Assembly: GCF_963534775.1 (NCBI RefSeq)
Contig: NZ_CAUSUH010000006.1
Origin: Rothia mucilaginosa
Lineage (GTDB): Bacteria > Actinomycetota > Actinomycetes > Actinomycetales > Micrococcaceae
Length of the DNA stretch: 64,000 nucleotides
Strand: one strand, 5' to 3'
Shown piece by piece: positions 8,815 to 18,159 of this stretch. A model generated the notes under the pieces. The model did not search any database, was not told the origin of the DNA, and saw only the letters and a list, made by a program, of their open reading frames with translations. The translations under genes and the position numbers were made by a program. Position 1 is the first letter of the stretch, and each line of letters starts with the position of its first letter.

Positions 8815-10257
8815 ATGAGCGCACAGAGCACCGCCTCCACCCTGCCCCCTCTGGGCACCGGGAAGCACAGTCGATACCTCGGCATCATTGCACTCATCGC
8901 CACCTTCGGCGGTCTGCTCTTCGGCTACGACACCGGAGTGATCAACGGCGCGCTCGAACCCATGAGCCGCGAACTCGGCATGGACTCCACCGCCCAAGGC
9001 TGGGTCACCGGATCGCTCGCCTTCGCCGCCGCTATCGGCGCACTCGGATGCGGCCGCATCTCTGACCGGTTCGGCCGCCGAACCACCATCATTGGGCTCT
9101 CTACCATCTTCTTCATTGGTGCCCTGGCGTGCGTCTTCGCACCCAACGTCGCCGTGCTCATCATCGGGCGCACCCTGCTCGGCCTGGCGGTCGGTGGCGC
9201 CTCCGCCGTGGTGCCCGTGTTCCTCGCAGAGCTCGCACCCTACGAAATTCGAGGCTCCCTCTCCGGCCGCAATGAGCTCATGGTCGTGGGCGGTCAGCTT
9301 GCCGCGTTCATCGTGAACGCCCTCATCGGCAACGTATGGGGCGAGCACGACGGCGTGTGGCGCTGGATGTTCGCCATCTGCACCCTACCCGCCATCGGCC
9401 TGTTCGTCGGTATGCTGCGAGTGCCCGAGTCGCCGCGCTGGCTGCTGCGCGTCGGCAAGCGTGAGCAGGCGCTTGAGGTGATGAAGCGCATCCGCTCCAC
9501 CGAGCGTGCCGAAGCTGAGATCGCCGACATTGAACGCACCCTGCAGGCGGAGGCGACCACCCAGAACAATGCGGCGGGTAAGGAAAGCGTGGGCGTGCGC
9601 GGTTGGTTCGTGCGCATCCTGCTCGTCGGTATTCTGGTCGGTGCGGGCCAGCAGCTGACCGGCATCAACTCAATCATGTACTACGGCATTAAGGTGCTCA
9701 AGGAAGCCGGTTTCAGCGAATCCGCGGCGCTCATTGCGAACATTGCGCCGGGTACGATTGCGGTGCTCGGTTCCATCCTGTCGCTGCGTCTGATGGAGCG
9801 TGTGCCGCGCCGCGTCATGGTCATTACCGGCTATAGTTCGACCGCGTTTTTCCACGTGCTGATTGCGGGCGCATCCATGCTGCTGCCCGCTGATAATGCG
9901 GCGCGCCCCTGGATTCTGCTGGTGCTCATCGTCTGCTTTGTGGGCGCGATGCAGACCTGCCTGAACGTGTCCACGTGGGTGATTATGAGTGAGCTGTTCC
10001 CGCTGCGTGTGCGTGCGGCGGGTATGGGCATTTCGGCGTTTAGCGGCTGGATGATGAATGGTGTGCTGTCGCTGGCGTTCCCCGTGATTCTGGGTGCGGT
10101 CGGTCTGACCGGCTCCTTCATCGGCTTTGCCGTGGTGAACGTGGTCATTGCGCTGCTGATGTTCCGCAACCTGCCGGAGACTCGCGGCGTGAGCCTGGAG
10201 CAGGTGGAGCGCGGCGTGATGGACGGCAGCATCTACCCCTCCGCAGGCAAGCGCTAG
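8815..10257 (+). CDS. Sugar porter family MFS transporter (IolT-like)
   Basis: Contains FGGLLFGYDTGVING, DRFGRR, ELAPYEIRG, PESPRW, QQLTGINSIMYY and PETRG. Confidence 0.93.
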   Translation: MSAQSTASTLPPLGTGKHSRYLGIIALIATFGGLLFGYDTGVINGALEPMSRELGMDSTAQGWVTGSLAFAAAIGALGCGRISDRFGRRTTIIGLSTIFFIGALACVFAPNVAVLIIGRTLLGLAVGGASAVVPVFLAELAPYEIRGSLSGRNELMVVGGQLAAFIVNALIGNVWGEHDGVWRWMFAICTLPAIGLFVGMLRVPESPRWLLRVGKREQALEVMKRIRSTERAEAEIADIERTLQAEATTQNNAAGKESVGVRGWFVRILLVGILVGAGQQLTGINSIMYYGIKVLKEAGFSESAALIANIAPGTIAVLGSILSLRLMERVPRRVMVITGYSSTAFFHVLIAGASMLLPADNAARPWILLVLIVCFVGAMQTCLNVSTWVIMSELFPLRVRAAGMGISAFSGWMMNGVLSLAFPVILGAVGLTGSFIGFAVVNVVIALLMFRNLPETRGVSLEQVERGVMDGSIYPSAGKR

Positions 10258-10282
10258 ATTCGGCGGGTTTTAGGTATGAATG

Positions 10283-10321
10283 AGGCGGGCGGCCCCTCCC
10301 CGGTGGAGGTGTCGCCCGCCT
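10283..10321. terminator. Stem-loop between convergent genes
   Basis: AGGCGGGCGGC...GTCGCCCGCCT. Confidence 0.65.
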
Positions 10322-10340
10322 TGCAATATGCGTTGAAAGA

Positions 10341-10622
10341 CTAGTCTGCAGGGTTTTCTGTGAGGAACTCGTCGAGGCCGATGCGGTAGCCGTCATCTTC
10401 GGCGCGTGCCTTGCGAAGAGCCTCAATGTCGAGGAGCTCTTCGTACTCTTCCAGCAGCTTCAAATCTTCGTAGGAGATGAGCGCGGCAACAGTCTTACCA
10501 TTGCGGCTGATGAGGGGACGTTCGCCGGAGAACACTGCCTCGTTGACTTTGGTTCCGAGGTTGTCGCGGAGTTCTTTAAGAGTCGTGACATTGGAACGAG
10601 TCCGGTGAGTGGTGACAGTCAT
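10341..10622 (-). CDS. Phd/YefM-family antitoxin
   Basis: Contains TLKELRDNLGTKVNEAVFSGERPLISRNGKTVAALISYEDL and an acidic C-terminus. RBS AGAAAGGA. Confidence 0.85.
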   Translation of the reverse strand: MTVTTHRTRSNVTTLKELRDNLGTKVNEAVFSGERPLISRNGKTVAALISYEDLKLLEEYEELLDIEALRKARAEDDGYRIGLDEFLTENPAD

Positions 10623-10682
10623 GACTGGTTCCTTTCTGGGGTTTGTCCGTTAGCTCCGAGGATAGTTCCTGTGTAGGTTCTA

Positions 10683-10820
10683 TTCAAGAAGCTACAGGGC
10701 GAAGAAGGGTACAGGGCACGAGTAGGGAATTACCGCATTCTGTACACCATTGATAACGGCGCGGTTGTTGTTGAGGTTTTCCGGGTCGGTCATCGGCGAG
10801 AAGTCTACCGCGGCCTATAG
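10683..10820 (+). pseudogene. relE: 5'-truncated RelE/ParE-superfamily toxin fragment
   Basis: Translates as FKKLQGEEGYRARVGNYRILYTIDNGAVVVEVFRVGHRREVYRGL*, a RelE-like C-terminal half. In-frame TAG at 10674-10676 and no start codon after it. Confidence 0.8.
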
Positions 10821-11039
10821 AGTGAGTCAGCGTGATGGGTTGTAGTGCTGCCCCGACCGCGCTGTTCGTTGAATGAGAAGCAAGGAACCCCTACCCTGCG
10901 CCACCAATCCATAAGTGATACGGTCAAAGAACAAGTAATGGATTCACGTGCTGAAATGCACGCCCGACCCTGCCCCATACGCATCGCCCGGACGCCCGCA
11001 TCCAGCACGCCACAACTCTATAACGAACACGGGTGAACA

Positions 11040-12251
11040 ATGACTGAGAACGTACACAACGACTGGGACCTCCGAAGCGAAGAGGTCCAGAAGGACCAGG
11101 TAGCCGCCTACGACGCAATGCGACGCCGTTGCCCCGTCGCCCACGACGAATTCATGGGCTACTCCGTCTTCAAAAACGCCGACGTACAGCACGTACTCGA
11201 CCACCCCGAAATCTACTCTAACGTCGTTTCCACCCGCCACATTGCCGTCCCCAACGGCATGGACGCACCCGAACACACCACCTTCCGCGCGGTCAACGAC
11301 AAGTACTTCACCCCCGAACGCCTCGAAAAGTTCGCACCCGTCATCCGCGACGCCGTGAAGACCCTCATCGCAGAACTACCCCGCGGCGAAGAAGTAGACG
11401 TCATGCAGGGCTTCGGTCAGGCATACGCAATGCGTGTGCAGAACGCCTTCATGGGCTGGCCCGCATGCCTCGAACAGCCCCTCACCGAATGGATCGAAAA
11501 GAACCGCGTCGCCACCCTGCGCCGCGACCGCGAAGAAATCGCTAAGGTTGCCCTCGAATTCGACGGCTACATCCGCCAGCTGCTCGACGAACGCCGCGAG
11601 GACGCCGCAGCCGGCAACCCCAAGGACGTCACCGCCGAACTGCTCACCGACACCGTGCAGCTGCCCGGCGAAGAACCCCGCACCATGACCGACGAAGAAA
11701 TCGTCAGCCTCATCCGCAACTGGACCGTGGGCGAGCTGTCCACCGTCTCCGCAACCGTGGGCGTATTCGTCAACTTCCTGGCACGCAACCGCGCCGAGCA
11801 GGACCGCCTGCGCGCATCCCTCGCCGACGGCAACGCACTCGACGACTGCAGCGAAATCGCCCTCGCCGTCGAAGAAATCATGCGACTCGAAGACACCCTC
11901 GTCACCAACCGCCGCATCACCACTCAGGACACCGAACTCGGCGGCCGCACCCTGCCCGCCGGCTCCCGCGTGACCATCAACTGGGCAAGCGCCAACCGCG
12001 ACGAGGACGCCTTCGAAGACGCCCTCACCTACAACCCGCACCGCGACCAGTCCCGCAACCTCGTGTACGGCGACGGCATCCACGTCTGCCCCGGCGCGCC
12101 CCTGGCACGCCTGGAACTGCGCATCCTGCTCGAGGAGCTGCTGCGCGGCACCGAGTCCATTGAGATCGCGGACGAGAGCGAGAAGCCCGCAACCGTAAAC
12201 GCCGTGTACCCGGTCTCCGGCTACTCGGTCGTGCGCGCCATCTTCAACTAG
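11040..12251 (+). CDS. Cytochrome P450
   Basis: Contains MDAPEH, ExxR (EIMR), SANRDE and the heme motif YGDGIHVCPGAPLARLE. Confidence 0.93.
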   Translation: MTENVHNDWDLRSEEVQKDQVAAYDAMRRRCPVAHDEFMGYSVFKNADVQHVLDHPEIYSNVVSTRHIAVPNGMDAPEHTTFRAVNDKYFTPERLEKFAPVIRDAVKTLIAELPRGEEVDVMQGFGQAYAMRVQNAFMGWPACLEQPLTEWIEKNRVATLRRDREEIAKVALEFDGYIRQLLDERREDAAAGNPKDVTAELLTDTVQLPGEEPRTMTDEEIVSLIRNWTVGELSTVSATVGVFVNFLARNRAEQDRLRASLADGNALDDCSEIALAVEEIMRLEDTLVTNRRITTQDTELGGRTLPAGSRVTINWASANRDEDAFEDALTYNPHRDQSRNLVYGDGIHVCPGAPLARLELRILLEELLRGTESIEIADESEKPATVNAVYPVSGYSVVRAIFN

Positions 12252-12271
12252 GCACGCTCCAGCTCTAAAAA

Positions 12272-12315
12272 GTGCGAGGCGCCGAACCCCGAGAATAGGG
12301 GTCGGCGCCTCGCGC
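12272..12315. terminator. Stem-loop after the P450 gene
   Basis: GCGAGGCGCCGAACCCC...GGGGTCGGCGCCTCGC. Confidence 0.7.
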
Positions 12316-12440
12316 TGTTAAGAGTAAATATAAGAGTGAATAGTAGGGTAGTGGCGGCCGGTATCAGCCGCTCACTATAGATAAAGCGGAATATTCCCAG
12401 ACGGCTATATAGCCTAGTGGAATACTCAATAAAGCTGAAT

Positions 12441-13331
12441 CTAGCGGCCGGAACTCGTTGCCGAAGGCTTCACCGAAGAACCCGCAGAACCGCTCGCAGA
12501 CGCACGAGTCGAAGCACTCGCAGAAGCAGAAGCCTCCGCCGCAGCTGATGCCGACTCCTCCGGGGACAGAGCCGTACCATCCGCATGAACACCAGCCATC
12601 GCCGGAGTCACACCATTAACGAAGCTCAACTTCGCCTGCTTGAACTGGTACTCGGGAGAGCAGGTCAGCTTATACTTCGAATTCGCCAGCTCGCGAATCG
12701 ACTTCACATAATTCTGAGTCTCCTCATACGGGGGAACACCGCCGTACTTCTCCACAGAACCCGGACCCGCGTTATAACCGGCGAGAACCACATCCTGTAG
12801 CTCATCCTCATTGGAGGCGTACTTCGCCAAACGAGTACGCAACTCAGCCAAGTAGCGTGCCTGTGCCGCAATCGCATCGTGCGGGTTCAGAACATTACCG
12901 CCATTGCCGAAGCTGTAGTGGCCGCCGCTCCACGCATCATCAGTGAACTGTGCAATACCCTTAGCGCCCTGGTGGGACACAACGCCCACACGCCAGTGGC
13001 TCTCGGTCTCAATCTGCGCCGCCAGCACGCCGGGACGGAAACCCGACACCTTAGAGCCCTCCTCAAAATCGGAGCGGAGAGCCGCCGGAGCATACGAAAG
13101 CTCCGTCATGCCGCAATAGTCGTCGTAGGTGGCTGCCAAACCGGCAACACCGCCACCCAAAAGAACCGCAGAGGCAATAATCTGCCAATGCGCAAGAACC
13201 CCGGCGAGAAAGCGAAGCGGGAAAGCTTTACGCTGCCGAGGAGAAATTTGTTGATCCGCCGGAACGGAAATGTGGTTGGAGGCGCTCGTAGCGTTACGCT
13301 CGGAAGGGGCGCCCGAAGTGCTATCTGCCAT
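12441..13331 (-). CDS. Membrane-anchored lytic transglycosylase (SLT domain)
   Basis: Contains catalytic QIETES, GAKGIAQF, LAGYNAGPG and ETQNYV, with an N-terminal TM helix and a Ser/Ala-rich tail. Confidence 0.88.
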   Translation of the reverse strand: MADSTSGAPSERNATSASNHISVPADQQISPRQRKAFPLRFLAGVLAHWQIIASAVLLGGGVAGLAATYDDYCGMTELSYAPAALRSDFEEGSKVSGFRPGVLAAQIETESHWRVGVVSHQGAKGIAQFTDDAWSGGHYSFGNGGNVLNPHDAIAAQARYLAELRTRLAKYASNEDELQDVVLAGYNAGPGSVEKYGGVPPYEETQNYVKSIRELANSKYKLTCSPEYQFKQAKLSFVNGVTPAMAGVHADGTALSPEESASAAAEASASASASTRASASGSAGSSVKPSATSSGR

Positions 13332-13545
13332 TCCTATAGACTAGCGCACCATTGCCGTTTATGGTGAAAAAACTCCCCTCCGTTGAGGTGAAAACCATAG
13401 TCAGAGAGTTCTTGGCGCGTCTTTACCGGAGTCAACATCAAGTGCAGGTACAGACTCCGTGCACGTGAAGGATGACCCCACCCGGTACACCTTTGACAGG
13501 GAGTACTAGGCGGGGCCAATCCATGATGGGGAGCTTCAGGAGCCT

Positions 13546-16440
13546 CTAACGGTTCGTCACCACGATCTTGCCGGCGGCACCGCGTTCCATCTCCGAGAAG
13601 GAGTGATTCACGAACGTGTACGTGCCAGACTCTAGGAACTGCATCTCCACGAAGCCGCCCTGAGCGGGCGCCAAATCGAGTGCCTGGCTGTGGCCGTCAC
13701 GGCTACCGAACGCATCCGCGCCGCGGCGCATCAGGTAGCCGCCCTCCTTGTAGACCGTGTCGAATTGCGAACCGACCACGTGGAAGCTCGTGCCGTGGTT
13801 CGGGCCCGCAGCCATTACCCAAACACGGATACGCTCGCCCTTCTTCACCTGCAGCGGCTTCGCCTTGTACTGGGTTGCGTGGCCGTTGAACATGGTCAGC
13901 GTGGGGGTGCCCGCCGCGATCAGCTCCGGCGAGTTCTCCGCCAGCTTGTTACCGTCGGAGGCGGTCTTGCCGGTGTCGTGCAGGTACGCCTCGCCCTGAA
14001 CCATCACGTACTCGTGATCGACCGGGTCAAGGTCCGCCGGGTCGATAATGACCGCGCCGTACATGCCCTGGGTCATGTGCAGGCTCAGCGGGGCGGTGCC
14101 GCAGTGGTACAGCCAGATACCGGCACCCTTCGCCTCAAAACGGTAGACGAGACGCTCACCGGGGGCGATGGTCTTCATCGTGTTATCGGGGGACACCATG
14201 CCCGCGTGGAAGTCCAGCGAGTGGCCCATCGTGCCGTTATTGATGAGTGTAATTTCAAAAATGTCGCCGACCTTGCCGCGCAGAATCGGTGCCATGTTCT
14301 GCCCGTTGAACGTCCACATGTGAACGGTTACGCCGGGCGCCACCTCGCGGTCGACTTCCTCAACTTCCAGGGTGACCTTGCGGACGGTCTTGCCGTTCAC
14401 CTGCGTGGCGGTGTTCGGTGCCGGGATGTTCGGGTCGCGGTACTTGTAGCCGCTGCCGGGCGCTGCGGACATGTCAATCCTGCTGTTTGCAACGGTCATG
14501 AGGGTCGGGGTGCTACCCGACGCGGCGTGGTTGTGGGTGCCCGTAGAACCGTGGTTGTGGCCGCCCTGCGCCACCTGGTTTGCGGAGGCGCCGGTCGCCT
14601 TCACCTTGAACACCATGCCCAGGGAGCGGTGACCCGCCACGGAGCAGTAGCCTTCCTGGTCGGCGGTAATGACGCCGGCGTCAACGGTTTTCGTTTCGCC
14701 GGGGTTGATGGTGCCGGTGGTTGCGCCGTTGTCGAAGGTCAGGTCGTGGGTCATGCCCTCGTCGTCGTTGGTAACCTCGACGACCAGGCGGTTACCTGCG
14801 GGGACCTCTACCTCGGCGGGGGTGAAGCGGTAGTTGCTGGTCGCCTTCACCTGCACGGTGGTGGTCTGACCGGTCGCAGCCACGGAACCCGCCGAGGAGA
14901 ACGACGGCAGGTTCAGCGCGGACGGGTTCACGGCGAAGCCCAGCAGGAACGCCATGGCAACCGCCAACGCCGCCTGGAAGCTCTGCTTGGCGTGCGGGAC
15001 GGGCTCCGGGGTGAGCGCCTCCTGGTTGAAGACGGGCTTCTCGCCGCGGGCGCGTGCTGCCATCATTTCCTTGCGGGTATTCACGGACGCCTTCACGCCG
15101 CGCACCATGAGCGGAATGAACGCCATGAGCGCCAACGCACCCACGATAGCGACGGCAATCTTAATGGACTGGCCCACCATGGAGCTGGGCATCATGAAGA
15201 TCAGCAGCGCCAGGTTCACGGCGGTTACGCGTGCCGCCGCGAAACGGCTGAACTCCTTGTTGGAGGCGCGCACCACCGCCGGGCCGCCACCCATGCGCTG
15301 CGGCAGCAGGTAGCTCATCGCGCCGAGCAGCAGCTGCAGCAGGAAGCCGACCACGAAGATGGGGGTTACGGCGCGTACATCCAGCTGCGCGAAGGGGACG
15401 GTTGCCACCATGTAGGCGGTGGTCGCTACGCCAATAATCAGCCAGAGGAAGCCCATACCCACGCTCATGGGCGGGTACTCGTTCGGGCGCTTGGTGCGCA
15501 GGGTACGCACCATCACCCAGGCGACAATCAGCAGGGCAACCAGGTAGACGACCAGGCCGGCTGCGGCGAGCGGACGCATCCCTAAAATCGCGCCGACAAC
15601 GGTCAACGCCAAGCCACCGCACATCAGGTACAGGGCGCGCAGGCTGTGGGTGAGCGCCTTATCCACCATCTTGGTGCGCAGCATGGTCGGCCAGAACGTC
15701 ACCAGCGTACCCACCGCGGTAATACCGACGAAGCCGAGCACGTTCACTGCCTCGTGCGCGAGCAGGAACTGCGAATGCAGGGTGCCGGACAGGTTCGGGT
15801 AGGCAATCATGCCGCCAAACGCCGCACCGAGGGGCAGCAGCAGCGCCGCAACAATGTAGAAGCGAATGGTCACACCGAACCGCGACGGCAGAGCCTGACG
15901 CACCTGCTTCAGCAGGTAGATGCCGTGCCAGGCGACCATCGACCCGACAATGAGGGCGCCCACCACCGTGGCGGCGTAGAGGCCGGGCACGCTCAGCTGA
16001 CCGACCATGCCGATCATGAGCACGAGAATACCGGCGTTCAGAATGAAGATTCGGCGCACCTGGGTTCCGCGGTGCTCGTCAGGAATCTTGATTTTCATGA
16101 GCGCTTCGGTGAAGTGCTGCGACCAAATCAGGATCGAGTTCGTAATCAGGCCGAGGGTGACAATGTGCACCATCAGCCAGCCGCTATTCGGGATAAACCT
16201 GTGCAGCAGAAGTACGCCGACAAGGGTAAACATCCAGTGGGAGACGGGCTTGGAGGCGCGACGATGCCACGTACCGCGACCGGATGCGCGGCGTGCAATC
16301 TCTTCGGGGGTGAGGTTTGCGCCGGGCACATCAGCCGGGCGCGCGCCAATGCTCAGGCCGGAGGAGCCGCCTCCGGAGACGTTTGCGGGCTTGCCGCTCG
16401 TGTTCTCGCCTTCGGGTGGGGTGCCGAGATGTTCACTCAC
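13546..16440 (-). CDS. nirK: Fusion of polytopic membrane domain, cupredoxin and copper nitrite reductase (NirK-type)
   Basis: C-terminal HSLDFH, WLYHCG, LHMTQGM, SFHVVG and FVNHSF give the T1/T2 Cu ligands and catalytic Asp/His. An extra cupredoxin motif HDLTF...YCSVAGHRSLGM lies centrally, and about 450 aa of hydrophobic sequence is N-terminal. Confidence 0.82.
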   Translation of the reverse strand: MSEHLGTPPEGENTSGKPANVSGGGSSGLSIGARPADVPGANLTPEEIARRASGRGTWHRRASKPVSHWMFTLVGVLLLHRFIPNSGWLMVHIVTLGLITNSILIWSQHFTEALMKIKIPDEHRGTQVRRIFILNAGILVLMIGMVGQLSVPGLYAATVVGALIVGSMVAWHGIYLLKQVRQALPSRFGVTIRFYIVAALLLPLGAAFGGMIAYPNLSGTLHSQFLLAHEAVNVLGFVGITAVGTLVTFWPTMLRTKMVDKALTHSLRALYLMCGGLALTVVGAILGMRPLAAAGLVVYLVALLIVAWVMVRTLRTKRPNEYPPMSVGMGFLWLIIGVATTAYMVATVPFAQLDVRAVTPIFVVGFLLQLLLGAMSYLLPQRMGGGPAVVRASNKEFSRFAAARVTAVNLALLIFMMPSSMVGQSIKIAVAIVGALALMAFIPLMVRGVKASVNTRKEMMAARARGEKPVFNQEALTPEPVPHAKQSFQAALAVAMAFLLGFAVNPSALNLPSFSSAGSVAATGQTTTVQVKATSNYRFTPAEVEVPAGNRLVVEVTNDDEGMTHDLTFDNGATTGTINPGETKTVDAGVITADQEGYCSVAGHRSLGMVFKVKATGASANQVAQGGHNHGSTGTHNHAASGSTPTLMTVANSRIDMSAAPGSGYKYRDPNIPAPNTATQVNGKTVRKVTLEVEEVDREVAPGVTVHMWTFNGQNMAPILRGKVGDIFEITLINNGTMGHSLDFHAGMVSPDNTMKTIAPGERLVYRFEAKGAGIWLYHCGTAPLSLHMTQGMYGAVIIDPADLDPVDHEYVMVQGEAYLHDTGKTASDGNKLAENSPELIAAGTPTLTMFNGHATQYKAKPLQVKKGERIRVWVMAAGPNHGTSFHVVGSQFDTVYKEGGYLMRRGADAFGSRDGHSQALDLAPAQGGFVEMQFLESGTYTFVNHSFSEMERGAAGKIVVTNR

Positions 16441-16770
16441 GTGATCACTGCTTTCACTGCTGGTTGTTCGTGGACGTCGGTGTGCGGGTCGGCACCCGGT
16501 ACCCCTGCGTTGGGGCGGGTGCCAATAAGCCCATTATATTGCCCGGATAGTACCAATTTTGAAGACATGACGTGCATATGAAGGCAGCTCATATCGTGAT
16601 AGTTGTGCTTGTGTGCTCGAGCGGTTCTTCCCCTGCGAATCTCCCCCTGTGATTCTTCTCCCCAATGCATCCTTCACAGGTGCGCGCGATAAACTATTAG
16701 GATTCCAAAATCAGATGCCCGCCCACCCTACGCGCGCATCCGCCGGCACCAAGGTAAGGACAAACACCTC

Positions 16771-18159
16771 GTGACAAGGACTGACTCCACCACCCCCATC
16801 TGGGGAAAAATCGCTATTGTGGCACTCATCCTCATTGTTGGCGGTGGATACGTCGTCAAAATGCTCACCAACCCCTTCAGCGGTATGGACTTCTCCATCT
16901 ACCGCCTGGGCGCAATGACCATTTTCGATAACGAGGGCTTTACCCAGGACCTATACTCCCCGACCCTGAACGATCACGGCGTCATCAAGCCGCCGTTCAC
17001 GTACCCGCCGTTCGCGGCGATGCTGTTCTTGCCGTTCGCTTTTATTCCGCTGGAAGTCGGCAAAGTCATTATGGTCATCGGTTCGGCTGTGGTGGCGTGG
17101 TGGATTTCCACGATCATTTACAACTACGTGAATGCGCGCGGCCGCGAACTGCCGCTGCAGCAGTACTTTGGTCGTGCCGGCACGATTGCGATGCTGACCA
17201 TTCTGGTGGTGGCGGCGGGCCCGTGGCAGCGCACCCTGGACCTGATTCAGATTAACCCGTTCATTACGGCGCTGATCCTTGCCGATTTTGTGCGTCCGGC
17301 GACCCGCGTGCCGCGCGGCGTGCTGATTGGTATTGCGGGCGGCGTGAAGCTGACCCCGCTCGTGTTTGGCCTGATTTTGCTGGTCCGCCGCGACTGGAAG
17401 GGCATTGCGACCCTGGGCGCGACGTTCTTCGGCACCATTGCATTGGGCTTCATTCTGATGCCTAAGGACGCACCGGAGTTCTGGTTCTCCGCGCTGACGA
17501 ACCCCTCCCGTGTGGGTGGACTGAACTTTGTGGATAACGTCTCGATTCAGGGCTGGCTGCTGCACTTCGGTCTCTCTGAGAGCACTGCGAAGCCGGTCTA
17601 CTACGCCCTGGCGCTGGTCACGATTGTGCTGACTGCCGCGCTGCTGTACCAGCTGGAACGCCGCGGTGCCGCGCTGGCGCAGGTGGCGGTGACCGCCTCC
17701 TTGATGGTGGCGCTGTCGCCGATTAGCTGGTCGCACCACAACGTGCTGCTGCCCCTGCTGGCTGCCGTGTTCATCATGGATGCGTTCCCCACCTATTTTG
17801 CGGTTCAGCCGGCGTGGCTGCGGGTGACGGCGACCGTATTCGCGGTGGTTGCGGTGTTGGGCCTGTACCTGTCGCCGATTAGGATTGCGTCCTGGTTCCA
17901 CGGTAGCGCTGATGGTTTGGAGCAGCTGGCTCCGGGCGCGTTGGCGGTTTCGGCTATTCCCGCGTTCTGCCTGTGGGTGACGATGACGCTCTGGTCGGTT
18001 GCCGCCCTGAGCGCGCCGGTGCGTGGCGCGAAGGTTGAGCCCGTGCGCTACGGTTCCGTGCGTAGCGATGCGCCTCTGGGCTGGTGGGGTGCTCGCGCCC
18101 TGGTGACCGAGAGTGCCGAGTCTGTGCGTGCCGCTGATTCTCGTGAGGCAACCGCGTGA
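16771..18159 (+). CDS. GT87 family polyprenol-phosphate-mannose mannosyltransferase, copy 1
   Basis: Contains DFSIY, PFTYPPFAA, GVKLTP and SPISWSHH; multi-pass membrane protein. Confidence 0.88.
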   Translation: MTRTDSTTPIWGKIAIVALILIVGGGYVVKMLTNPFSGMDFSIYRLGAMTIFDNEGFTQDLYSPTLNDHGVIKPPFTYPPFAAMLFLPFAFIPLEVGKVIMVIGSAVVAWWISTIIYNYVNARGRELPLQQYFGRAGTIAMLTILVVAAGPWQRTLDLIQINPFITALILADFVRPATRVPRGVLIGIAGGVKLTPLVFGLILLVRRDWKGIATLGATFFGTIALGFILMPKDAPEFWFSALTNPSRVGGLNFVDNVSIQGWLLHFGLSESTAKPVYYALALVTIVLTAALLYQLERRGAALAQVAVTASLMVALSPISWSHHNVLLPLLAAVFIMDAFPTYFAVQPAWLRVTATVFAVVAVLGLYLSPIRIASWFHGSADGLEQLAPGALAVSAIPAFCLWVTMTLWSVAALSAPVRGAKVEPVRYGSVRSDAPLGWWGARALVTESAESVRAADSREATA

